Assembly: GCA_027592325.1 (NCBI GenBank) | Contig: JAQCKO010000005.1 | Span: 202 to 64,201, forward strand | Reading direction: 5' to 3' | Length of the DNA: 64,000 nucleotides | From: a bacterium | GTDB taxonomy: Bacteria; Patescibacteriota; Patescibacteriia; UBA9934 | Shown here: positions 38,570 through 47,507 of the stretch, piece after piece | How positions within the stretch are numbered: position 1 is the stretch's first letter | Layout of the letters: each line of letters opens with the position of its first letter | Program-made: the position numbers and the translations under genes | Notes under the pieces: generated by a model | Databases searched by the model: none | What the model was told of the DNA's origin: nothing | The model's input: only the letters and a program-made list of their open reading frames with translations

Positions 38570-41557
38570 AACGACAAAGTTCACCAGCTTGTCTGGGACA
38601 AAAATAACCTTCTTCACCTCCCCTTCAAGATACTTCGCCACATGTTCTTCCGCGCGTGCGGCTGCTTCTACCTTCGCTTGATTTGACCCAGCATCCATTT
38701 CAAGTGTTGCGCGTAATTTTCCATTCACCTGCACAGCGATGGTTACTACATCGTCTTTTGTAAGCTCCTCGCTGAATTCCGGCCAGCTGAGCGATTCTAA
38801 AATCTCGTTTCCACCGGTTTTTTCATAGAGCTCATTCGCCACATGCGGCGCAAATGGAACAAGCGTGCGCAAGAACGTATGAAGTGAATCTTTCGAAACC
38901 GATTTTGCCTTATGAAGCTCATTCACATAACTCATCATGGCTGCAACGGCGGTATTGAATGACATTGATTCAATATCAGTGTTGACTTTTTTGAGCATTT
39001 TGTGAAGGGCCGAAGTCAGCTCTTTCGATGCATCATTCGCGATGAATTCCTCAAGGCGCATTACGCGGTCTAAAAATCGCTTTACTCCCATTACCCCATT
39101 TTCACTCCAAGGCGCCGGCTCGGAGAATGGCCCCAAGAAAAGCTCGTACATGCGAAGCGTATCAGCCCCAAAATTCGTGACGATGTCATCAGGATTCACC
39201 ACATTCCCCTTGCTCTTGCTCATTTTCGATCCATCCTCAGCAAGAATAAGCCCGTGACTTCGGCGCGAATGATACGGTTCAGAAACCGGCACATGCCCGC
39301 GATCATGCAGGAATTTATTCCAGAAGCGTGAGTACAAAAGGTGAAGCGTTGTATGCTCCATTCCGCCATTATAAAGATTCACCGGCATCCAGTACTTGAG
39401 CGCCTCTTCACTCGCAAATGCCTCGCTATTGTGCGGATCGGTATAGCGAAGGAAATACCAGCTGGATCCTGCCCAGTTTGGCATGGTATCGGTTTCGCGC
39501 TTCGCTGGACCACCACAAGACGGACATTCGGTATTCACCCAGTCATTAATCGCTGCGAGCGGTGATTCTCCATCATCGGTTGGAAGATATGCATCAATTT
39601 CAGGAAGCACAACCGGTAGCTGGTCGTCAGGAATCGGCACCCAATCACACGCTTCACAGTGAACAAGAGGAATCGGCTCTCCCCAGTAGCGCTGGCGCGA
39701 GAATACCCAATCCCGAAGCTTATACGTCGTCGCCTTTTCTCCTTTGCCAAGCTCTTCGAGCTTGCTGGTAATCCCAGCAATACCTTCTGCGACCGTCATA
39801 CGATCGAATGCACCCGAGTTCACAAGTTTGCCGTCTTTTGCAATAAAGGCTTCATGATCAAGATTAGCCTCATCACCATCAACCACCTGCTTCACCGGCA
39901 AATCATATTTCTTCGCAAAGGCAAAGTCGCGCTCATCATGCGCAGGAACGGCCATCACCGCGCCAGTTCCATAATTCATGAGCACATAATCGGCAACCCA
40001 AATTGGCACATATTCCCCAGTAAGAGGATGCTTGGCATAGGCCCCAGTGAATACGCCGGTTTTTTCTTTCGCGGCATCGCCACGCTCGATATCGGTTTTC
40101 TTTGCCGATGCTTCAATATACGTCTCAACATCCGCGCTCTGCTCATCCGTCGCAAGCTGAAGCGCAAGCGGATGTTCTGGTGCGAGGACCATATAGGTGA
40201 CACCGTAAAGCGTATCAGGACGCGTGGTGAAGACTTCGATTGTCGGCTGAAGGGCATCAAGAAGCGCCACACGATAATCCTCAAGCTCGACGCGGGTTTC
40301 TTCCTCCGTCTGCTCCTTGGGGTACTTTCCAGTTTTTCTATTGATATACAACGAACGAATAGGGAAAAATTCATCCACTGGTTCATGCACCTTGGTCGAC
40401 AGCTGAATGGGTCGCTTACATTCTGTCACCTTTTCTGTTCCATCAGGAAAAATACAAACAAAGACATCATGCCAATGTCCCTCAATAACACCGCCACGCG
40501 CTTCGGCAAGCCCTTTGTAATGCGCGAGCATACGATCGGCAATTTCTCGCTGCGAAAGCGCTGCCTCCTCTTCCTCGGTGACAACGCTCCTTCGCACTTC
40601 AGCCGGGTCCATATCAACCCCTTCGAGTACAAAGGCGGAGTCCATCCCGAGCACCGGAACATCTACATTTCCAGCGTACACCTGTGCCTTCATGCGTGCA
40701 TTTTCAACTAAATCACTTCCCTCATTCACCTCATGCGAATGCATCCCATAATCAACTGCCTCGCGAAGCGCAATATTGCTCCCCTCGCAAACAAAACGAT
40801 TCCGCTCGAGCTTTGCCTCATTTCCCGTCGCCACGAGAACTTCCCGTACCTCACCAAGATCAAATCGAATTTTTGCTCCTTCACTACGCCCAATCCAGTC
40901 TACCTGCTGCTTGGCAATTTTCGGAAGAAAATCGACGGTTTCAAGATCATCAATAAGCCGATCGGCAAATTTAGTAATCGCAATCATCCACTGTTCTTTT
41001 TCGCGCATTTCAACCTCTCCCCCGCAACGTTCGCACGCAGCATTCACCACCTCTTCATTTGCAAGCCCAATTTTGCATGACGTACACCAATTAATCGCTA
41101 TCGTATCTTTATACGCGAGCCCAGCTTTGAAGAACTCTAAAAATTGCCACTGCGTCCATTTGTAATACGCGGGGTCGGTGGTATTCACTTCGCGCGACCA
41201 ATCGAACGAAAGTCCGAGACTTTTGAGCTGACGCCGGAAATTATCGATATTCTCCTTAGTCACGTCTTGCGGCTTCCGGCCCGTTTTGATGGCATAATTC
41301 TCGGTTGGAAGACCAAAGGCATCCCATCCGATTGGATAGAGCACATTATATCCCTCCATGCGGCGCTTACGCGCGATCACGTCAAGCGCGGTATAGCTGC
41401 GCGGATGCCCAACGTGAAGACCTGCTCCAGATGGGAATGGAAATTCAACCAGCAAATAATACGGGTCTTTTTTCGAATCGTTCTTAGCTTCGAAGATTTT
41501 TGCCTCTTCCCAAGTTTTTTGCCATTTTTTATCAATATCGCTGTGATTGTAGCTCAT
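38567..41557 (-). CDS. leuS: Leucyl-tRNA synthetase
   Basis: The HMGH-like motif (GLHVGHPRSY), KMSKS, and the editing and anticodon-binding domains are present. The start is taken at MSYNHSDIDKKWQKTW. The track ORF extends 45 codons further upstream. Confidence 0.9.
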   Translation of the reverse strand: MSYNHSDIDKKWQKTWEEAKIFEAKNDSKKDPYYLLVEFPFPSGAGLHVGHPRSYTALDVIARKRRMEGYNVLYPIGWDAFGLPTENYAIKTGRKPQDVTKENIDNFRRQLKSLGLSFDWSREVNTTDPAYYKWTQWQFLEFFKAGLAYKDTIAINWCTSCKIGLANEEVVNAACERCGGEVEMREKEQWMIAITKFADRLIDDLETVDFLPKIAKQQVDWIGRSEGAKIRFDLGEVREVLVATGNEAKLERNRFVCEGSNIALREAVDYGMHSHEVNEGSDLVENARMKAQVYAGNVDVPVLGMDSAFVLEGVDMDPAEVRRSVVTEEEEAALSQREIADRMLAHYKGLAEARGGVIEGHWHDVFVCIFPDGTEKVTECKRPIQLSTKVHEPVDEFFPIRSLYINRKTGKYPKEQTEEETRVELEDYRVALLDALQPTIEVFTTRPDTLYGVTYMVLAPEHPLALQLATDEQSADVETYIEASAKKTDIERGDAAKEKTGVFTGAYAKHPLTGEYVPIWVADYVLMNYGTGAVMAVPAHDERDFAFAKKYDLPVKQVVDGDEANLDHEAFIAKDGKLVNSGAFDRMTVAEGIAGITSKLEELGKGEKATTYKLRDWVFSRQRYWGEPIPLVHCEACDWVPIPDDQLPVVLPEIDAYLPTDDGESPLAAINDWVNTECPSCGGPAKRETDTMPNWAGSSWYFLRYTDPHNSEAFASEEALKYWMPVNLYNGGMEHTTLHLLYSRFWNKFLHDRGHVPVSEPYHSRRSHGLILAEDGSKMSKSKGNVVNPDDIVTNFGADTLRMYELFLGPFSEPAPWSENGVMGVKRFLDRVMRLEEFIANDASKELTSALHKMLKKVNTDIESMSFNTAVAAMMSYVNELHKAKSVSKDSLHTFLRTLVPFAPHVANELYEKTGGNEILESLSWPEFSEELTKDDVVTIAVQVNGKLRATLEMDAGSNQAKVEAAARAEEHVAKYLEGEVKKVIFVPDKLVNFVV

Positions 41558-41574
41558 ACTTCTGCTCAAATAAG

Positions 41575-41592
41575 ATAGCGCTACTGTAGCGC
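41575..41592. promoter_or_regulatory. Perfect 7-1-7 palindrome GCGCTAC-T-GTAGCGC about 20 nt upstream of the leuS start
   Basis: The operator-like dyad lies between candidate -35 and -10 elements. Confidence 0.35.
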
Positions 41593-41911
41593 GCTCATTG
41601 ACGTTCTGTAAAGGATTTCGCACCCTTTCTTTCGCAAAGGAGGTGCCCATGCGGTACTTGAACCCAAGGAATGTCCTTGAGGACTTTCCCATATGGCTGA
41701 TCGATGAATGGGGGATTGCTCATCATTGTTATCGCAATTGCCCTCATCGCATATAATTTCGCGATGCTGAAGTATTCAAAGATTGAACGCAGGTTCAACC
41801 TTCAGGCGCACCGGTGCTTTCGTACTGGTGTCGTCACGCTCCCGTTCACGGTAGACATGTTCATGCTCGCCTTGTGGAGCATCGCGCGCCGTATGGTGAC
41901 GCGCATCTTGC

Positions 41912-41945
41912 CGCCTAGCAGTAGCTGGGCGGCTTTTCTTTTGTG
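41912..41945 (+). terminator. Intrinsic terminator (plus) inside track ORF 41704-42090
   Basis: The hairpin gccgcc-tagcagtagctg-ggcggc is followed by TTTTCTTTT. Confidence 0.55.
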
Positions 41946-42340
41946 GCGTGAGCAGCGAATCCATATTGGATCGGGGCCTTCCAGGTTCCGCAATAAGCTT
42001 CATCTAGCGCTACACTTGCATTCCATGCAAGGACGCGTCCAAGACGTATCGATTACTCTACGGAGTACTCAGTGTTCATATATGACTTGACGTGTTTTTC
42101 TCTGGCGTATAGGCTTCTTGCAGATATGTACGCATTTGTATATACAAACTGGTTTTTCCACCGTGCTCGATTTTATCGAGCAACTTGAGGTTATCCGCGC
42201 ACATATCTTTAAAAGACCAATTGATATTTGCCCGGATAGGGCATTTTTTCATTCTATGAGACAGCAATCACCACAATATTGGCATGGCTTTCGACGTTCT
42301 TTTAGGCGCCGGTAGCTTAGTTTTTGAGATGAATGTCGAA

Positions 42341-42375
42341 AAACGAGCTGCTAAGGCTCGTTTTTCTTCGGTCAT
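42341..42375 (+). terminator. Strong intrinsic terminator (plus) upstream of the real start of the 42425 gene
   Basis: The hairpin aaaaacgagc-tgctaag-gctcgttttt has an 11-bp stem and is followed by CTTC. Confidence 0.6.
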
Positions 42376-42424
42376 GGTCCATGGGAATTCTCCGATGGAC
42401 CAACTCGCAGACAAGGGAGCAATC

Positions 42425-43561
42425 ATGCCATTTTGTGTGACGCATAGGCCAGATCTTTCCATCGATGATCTGCTGCAGCTTATGAGGTCTGGAAAGCCCG
42501 TCTACAAGACGCCACATGCAGGAAATTTCTACCCGAATAACCTTGCACTTGCTGCGCTTGGCATTCCTATGAAGCTGGTTGACCACAATCGTGGAGAAAA
42601 GGATAAAAACTTTCATCCGCATGTGGTGGTCATGAATGGTGCGCAGTATGAAGTGGCTAACCCAACCTTACTTTCCGCAGGAGCAGCCCTTCTAACGGTA
42701 CCGGAATCATTGCGCGGGTACGCGCTTCCTGGCGATACGGCAGCCGAATTCCACTACCGAACGTTACGCGCAGCGATTCCAACCATGGACGGAGAACTGT
42801 GGTCACGTTCCGTCGGTAGGCGTGGTGGACCGATGTACGAACTCTGCGCCATTGTCGCAGAAATCGCGCCACAGCTCTTCACGCGCTACATGCATGAAGA
42901 TGGATCTACACGCCTCGTCACAGCGCGTGAGGCGAGGCTGCTGATCGCGAACGAGCATATTCAAGGGCTGCGTGGGAACCGAGAAGGTGTCGTCATCCCG
43001 AATGTCGTCTGTATTCTCGCGGACGGACTCGTAGATACCTACCTGTACCGCACCGAGGAAGTCTACAGCCTTTCGGGACCCGACATGTTCAGATACATCA
43101 AGCACATGCAAGATCAGCTTGATATGCTATTCGCAGCAGCTCAGGATAGGGTCAGCTGGAATGTACCTGAAACGATCACCATGAATATGGTGAATGTGAG
43201 CCCAATGAGGTTCACTGTACCAAGGCGTAGACAAGCAGCCCTCGATGCCGTCATGAACGCCTACCTTTCTGTCATCGCCGCTGACAGTCAGTGGAATCAG
43301 ATCATGCGGGAGGCAAATCCAGCGTCACGGCGAGCGCTCGCCGCTAGCCGAAAGGCAGAACGCGCCGTGCTCATTGTGGCACTGAGGGAAGCGCTTCAAG
43401 GCTGCTCCGAAATCCTCTACCGCATTGAGGATGGTGTATTCACGAGCCAATACGATCTTCTGAGGACGGGTGACGAAATGTACATCCATCCCTGGGCGAT
43501 GACGGCTTCCATGCGAGATATTGAAAAAGCATCGACTTTCATGATGAAGTTGATGCATTAA
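42425..43561 (+). CDS. Hypothetical protein of 378 aa with no recognisable domain
   Basis: AGGGAG lies 5 nt upstream of the ATG (MPFCVTHRPDLSIDDLLQLMRSGKPVYKTPHAGNFYPNN...). The region is about 56% GC. The track ORF extends upstream across the terminator, so the internal start is preferred. Confidence 0.5.
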   Translation: MPFCVTHRPDLSIDDLLQLMRSGKPVYKTPHAGNFYPNNLALAALGIPMKLVDHNRGEKDKNFHPHVVVMNGAQYEVANPTLLSAGAALLTVPESLRGYALPGDTAAEFHYRTLRAAIPTMDGELWSRSVGRRGGPMYELCAIVAEIAPQLFTRYMHEDGSTRLVTAREARLLIANEHIQGLRGNREGVVIPNVVCILADGLVDTYLYRTEEVYSLSGPDMFRYIKHMQDQLDMLFAAAQDRVSWNVPETITMNMVNVSPMRFTVPRRRQAALDAVMNAYLSVIAADSQWNQIMREANPASRRALAASRKAERAVLIVALREALQGCSEILYRIEDGVFTSQYDLLRTGDEMYIHPWAMTASMRDIEKASTFMMKLMH

Positions 43562-43594
43562 CCTCCGGCGCCAAACGGGCGCCGGCCCCCTTCT

Positions 43595-44536
43595 ATGCTT
43601 CCGATTATCGATTTACACCAAGACCTTCTCTCACATCTCAAATACAGAGCAAAGCTCGGTCAACATGATCAGTCGAGTTTTGAAATGGCTGCAGAAGCAA
43701 ATATTCGCTGTCTTATTGCAACCGCCTTTCCTCTTCCACCAAGGAATAATTTCTATGATCCAATAACAAATCAACAAATTGAAGAAGAGCTCGCGGAATA
43801 TCAACACTATTGCAAAAAATCAGAGGTATGGAATCTTATTCGCAACAAGAGCGATTTCGAGCAGGCGCTTCAAGGACCAAAACGCGGGATTATTTCGCAT
43901 ATCGAAGGGATTCATGTGCTAACTCGTCCTATCGATGAATTGCTTTCCGACTGGTATGCGCTAGGACTCCGTTCACTTGGACCAGTTTGGAATTTGGAAA
44001 CACCGCTTGGCGGAGGAACACATGCGGATGGAATTGGACTTACAGAAGATGGAGAAAAAGCGATTCGATTTGCTGAAACAAACGGGATGATTCTTGACTT
44101 CGCTCATATGAATCAAGAAACATTTTTTGATACTGTCGCTATTTGGAGCGGCCCCATCTATATCAGTCATGGAAATTGTTCCGCGATTTGTATGAATAAG
44201 CGAAATTACTCTGATGCACAATTGCAAATCATCAAAGAACGTGATGGGGTCATAGGGCTCTTTCTTGCCGCAAAATATGTCGATGCTTCTGGCAAAGCTG
44301 AAATTTATGATGTAATTCGTCATGCAAAACACATGAAACAAATGATTGGTGCAGAGCATATCGCTATTGGCAGTGACTTTGGCGGCATCTTGAGTGGATG
44401 TGTCAATGGACTTCGATCTGTTCTCGATCTGCCATTTTTGCTTGAACAATTCAAGCTTCATGGATTCACTGAGGAAGAGGTTGAAGGCATTGCCTATAAA
44501 AATGCTGCTCGTGTTATACGAAAAATGCTCAAATAA
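43595..44536 (+). CDS. Membrane dipeptidase (peptidase M19 family)
   Basis: The N-terminus is DLHQD. The GSDFGG motif and the His/Asp metal ligands of the renal-dipeptidase family are present. Confidence 0.7.
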   Translation: MLPIIDLHQDLLSHLKYRAKLGQHDQSSFEMAAEANIRCLIATAFPLPPRNNFYDPITNQQIEEELAEYQHYCKKSEVWNLIRNKSDFEQALQGPKRGIISHIEGIHVLTRPIDELLSDWYALGLRSLGPVWNLETPLGGGTHADGIGLTEDGEKAIRFAETNGMILDFAHMNQETFFDTVAIWSGPIYISHGNCSAICMNKRNYSDAQLQIIKERDGVIGLFLAAKYVDASGKAEIYDVIRHAKHMKQMIGAEHIAIGSDFGGILSGCVNGLRSVLDLPFLLEQFKLHGFTEEEVEGIAYKNAARVIRKMLK

Positions 44537-44565
44537 AAATGAGCCTCAGCCGAGGCTCATTTTTA
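44536..44565. terminator. Bidirectional intrinsic terminator between the dipeptidase gene and gdhA
   Basis: aaaaatgagcctc-agcc-gaggctcattttt. Both stop codons overlap its flanks. Confidence 0.75.
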
Positions 44566-45762
44566 TTTCTTCGCTTCGTGTAGCCGCTCGAGAGCAAGAA
44601 CAAATGCCGCTTTTCTAAGATCCACGCCATACTTCTCACTACGTTCATACACCGCGTCTGCCGCTTTTTGCATCAGATCCTGAAGCTTTTCATCAACATC
44701 TTTCGCACTCCATCGCTCTTCTTTCATATTCTGATCCCATTCAAAATAACTCACGGTGACACCGCCCGAATTCGCAAGCACATCTGGCACCACATGTATC
44801 CCCCGATCAAAAAATATGTCATCTGCCTCTGGTGTTGTTGGCCCATTTGCCAGTTCGAGGATCATTTTTGCCTTCACGTCCCTCGCATTTTCCACCGTGA
44901 GGACATTTTCTAGCGCTGCCGGCACAAGAAGATCACATTCGAGCGCGAGGAGCTGCTGATTTGAGATATTCTCTGCACATTCAAAATCTTGTACCAAGCC
45001 TGTTGCATCTTTGTGTATCCCAACCGCAGCAATATCGAGTCCATCTGCCTGCATAATCGCTCCGCGTGAGTCAGAAACGGCAAGGACTTTGAGGCCATTC
45101 TTCGCACAAATCTCGGCAAACATACGCCCAGCATTTCCAAAGCCTTGAATCACCACCGTCTTGATTGGGGCGTCGAGGAGCGTTTCGGTAAGCGCGTTCA
45201 ACACATAATATCCCCCCATTGCTGTTGCCGTGCTGCGTCCTTCACTCCCGCCCGCCTCAATGGGCTTCCCTGTCACGACGGCTGGATGCCCAAATTCATC
45301 GGCAATCCAGGCCATTTCACGTGGTGAAGTATTCACATCAGGAGCAGGAACATCAATTTCTGGCCCGATCACGCCGCGCATCGCCTTGGTCCAGCTGCGC
45401 GTAAGACGCTCGATCTCCGCCTCGGAAAGCTCTTTTGGATTCACCGTCACGCCCCCTTTTCCGCCGCCCATAGGAATCCCGGCAACAGCCGTTTTAACAC
45501 TCATCCACGTCGCAAGCGCACGCACCTCGTCAAGATCAACTGCCTGGTGATAGCGAATGCCGCCTTTAAATGGACCGCGCCAGTCATTATGCTGAACACG
45601 ATACCCTTCGATCATGAGTAAGGATTCATCATCACGAATAAGCGGTAAATTCACCTTCACCTCACGCATTGGATGACGAAGGAGTTCAACCGTTTCTTCT
45701 TGAATGCCAGCGATTTCTGCTGCGCGGGAAATTTGTTTGAGAGCGTTATTGAAGGCGGACAT
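44563..45762 (-). CDS. gdhA: NADP-specific glutamate dehydrogenase
   Basis: The GGGKGG motif and the catalytic Lys region are present. The start is taken at MSAFNNALKQ. The upstream track extension translates a C/A-rich leader. Confidence 0.9.
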   Translation of the reverse strand: MSAFNNALKQISRAAEIAGIQEETVELLRHPMREVKVNLPLIRDDESLLMIEGYRVQHNDWRGPFKGGIRYHQAVDLDEVRALATWMSVKTAVAGIPMGGGKGGVTVNPKELSEAEIERLTRSWTKAMRGVIGPEIDVPAPDVNTSPREMAWIADEFGHPAVVTGKPIEAGGSEGRSTATAMGGYYVLNALTETLLDAPIKTVVIQGFGNAGRMFAEICAKNGLKVLAVSDSRGAIMQADGLDIAAVGIHKDATGLVQDFECAENISNQQLLALECDLLVPAALENVLTVENARDVKAKMILELANGPTTPEADDIFFDRGIHVVPDVLANSGGVTVSYFEWDQNMKEERWSAKDVDEKLQDLMQKAADAVYERSEKYGVDLRKAAFVLALERLHEAKK

Positions 45763-45832
45763 AGGGGGAGTTAGGAATTTGGAGTTGGGAGTTGGGGTTT
45801 GTGGGTCAGGTCCAGGTTGGAGTTTCATTACG

Positions 45833-45905
45833 GTGTACTTGCTGGTACATGAACGAGCAACGCACATTTAAGCCTGCAAATGCGGTGAGCCGTGACGTTT
45901 TCCTA
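45833..45905 (-). repeat. Copy 4 of the intergenic repeat family
   Basis: The element starts at the trxB TAG stop. In minus sense it reads TAGGAAAACGTCACGGCTCACCGCATTTGCAGGCTTAAATGTGCGTTGCTCGTTCATGTACCAGCAAGTAC. Confidence 0.8.
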
Positions 45906-46832
45906 CTCCTCATGCGCCAAAAAGCGCTCCGCCTCTAAAGCCGCCATGCAGCCAGTTCCTGCTGCTGTCACCGCTTGACGATAGTGCGGATCCATCACAT
46001 CACCGGCGACAAAAAGACCTTCAATATTCGTCCTCGTTGAATCTGGCGCATGCTTTGCATACCCCCGCTCATCAAGTTCAATCACGTCTTTCACTAAATC
46101 GACATTCGGCTTATGCCCAATCGCCACAAAGAATCCATCGGTTTCTATTTCTGACTCTTCACCGGTTTCATTATTGAGAATCTTCACCTTTTCGAGTTTC
46201 TTCTCACCAATCAGCTCCTTCGCCTCAGTACGAAACAGGAAGGTAATTTTTGGATTATTCATCGCGCGGCTTAACATGATTTTCGATGCTTTCATATTCT
46301 CCTCATCACCGCGTACAAGAACAATCACTTCAGAAGCAAATTTTGTAATGAATATTGCTTCTTCCATGGCAGAATCGCCCGCCCCAACCACGACAACTTT
46401 TTTATCACGGAAGAAAAATCCATCACATGTAGCGCAAGCAGAAACACCGCGGCCTTTCAGCTTTTCTTCCCCAGGAATACCAAGCCACCTTGCCGAAGCC
46501 CCCGTTGCAAGCACAATCGTCTTTGCCTGATACGTTTTACCTGTCGTTTTAATTGTATACGGGCGTGAGCTAAAATCAATTTCTTCAACAAATGCCCCAA
46601 CCATTTCTGTACCAAACCGCTCCGCTTGTTTTTTGAATTTCTCCATGAGCTCAGGCCCCATAATCCCCGCTTCTTCCCCTGGCCAATTTTCGACATCTGA
46701 TGTTGTCATGAGCTGACCGCCTGGTTCTTTTCCTGAAAATAAGATTGGTTTTAAATCTGCGCGCGACGCATAAATCGCCGCAGTGTATCCCGCTGGGCCT
46801 GATCCAATAATGGCAATATCTCGAATATCCAT
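45903..46832 (-). CDS. trxB: Thioredoxin reductase
   Basis: The motifs GSGPAGYTAAIY, CATCDG and GAGDSA are present. Confidence 0.9.
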   Translation of the reverse strand: MDIRDIAIIGSGPAGYTAAIYASRADLKPILFSGKEPGGQLMTTSDVENWPGEEAGIMGPELMEKFKKQAERFGTEMVGAFVEEIDFSSRPYTIKTTGKTYQAKTIVLATGASARWLGIPGEEKLKGRGVSACATCDGFFFRDKKVVVVGAGDSAMEEAIFITKFASEVIVLVRGDEENMKASKIMLSRAMNNPKITFLFRTEAKELIGEKKLEKVKILNNETGEESEIETDGFFVAIGHKPNVDLVKDVIELDERGYAKHAPDSTRTNIEGLFVAGDVMDPHYRQAVTAAGTGCMAALEAERFLAHEE

Positions 46833-46833
46833 A

Positions 46834-47142
46834 TTACATGTGAGACTCAAGTCGCGCCTTTAGCTCCTCTGCTGTTTTTGTCCCAGAAAACCGATCAACT
46901 TCTTTCCCACCTTTGAAAATAAGAAATGTCGGAAGACTCATGATATTGTATTCACGAACAAGCGGTAAATGGTCATCAGCATTGACTTTTCCGATCGCAA
47001 CACCCTCCATTTCCTCTGCAAGCTGCTCGATGATCGGTCCCATCACCTTACAAGGTCCACACCACGGGGCATGAAAATCAATCAAAACAGGGGTTTCCGC
47101 TTGAAGAACAAATTGTTGAAATGTGTCATTTGTAAGATCCAT
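46834..47142 (-). CDS. trxA: Thioredoxin
   Basis: The WCGPCK motif is present. Confidence 0.9.
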   Translation of the reverse strand: MDLTNDTFQQFVLQAETPVLIDFHAPWCGPCKVMGPIIEQLAEEMEGVAIGKVNADDHLPLVREYNIMSLPTFLIFKGGKEVDRFSGTKTAEELKARLESHM

Positions 47143-47255
47143 AGATTATTTCATGTTTTTAACGTTATAGCATAAGACGCTTGTACGATGTAGGGAAGGA
47201 TACAAAGTATCGTGATTCATGAATGAGGTGTATGGGTTAAGGTTTGGATCTCGAT

Positions 47256-47290
47256 TAAAAGAATCCCCCGCATGTTTGCGAGGGGTTCTT
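47256..47290. terminator. Bulged hairpin with flanking T-runs between infB and trxA
   Basis: tcccccgca-tgtt-tgcgagggg is followed by ttctttttcg. Confidence 0.5.
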
Positions 47291-47432
47291 TTTCGAGCTG
47301 AGCACCAGAGTTGTCAACGGATAGGTTATCGCTATTTTTGTGGAAAGTGAAGGTCTCTCTACCGTGGACCGACGGGGTTTCGACATGTCCCTCCGAAGCT
47401 CTGCAAGAGCGTAGGGAGAAAAAGCGAAGTGG

Positions 47433-47507
47433 GAAGCTGACTTTCTGGTACATTGAGCGAGCACCGCAGATTTAGCCTGCAAATGTAGTGAGCTGTGCCG
47501 TCTCCTA
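47433..47507 (-). repeat. Copy 5 of the intergenic repeat family
   Basis: The element starts at the infB TAG stop. In minus sense it reads TAGGAGACGGCACAGCTCACTACATTTGCAGGCTAAATCTGCGGTGCTCGCTCAATGTACCAGAAAGTCAGC. Confidence 0.8.

Noticed and set aside
41704-42090. Track ORF of 128 aa on the plus strand upstream of leuS
   Set aside because: It is interrupted by a well-formed intrinsic terminator at 41912-41945 and has no RBS.
47370-47410. tmRNA 5-prime end, suggested by ggggtttcgac
   Set aside because: There is no upstream GGGG acceptor in register, and no tRNA-like 3-prime end (T-arm-CCA) within 300-400 nt. That region would lie inside infB.
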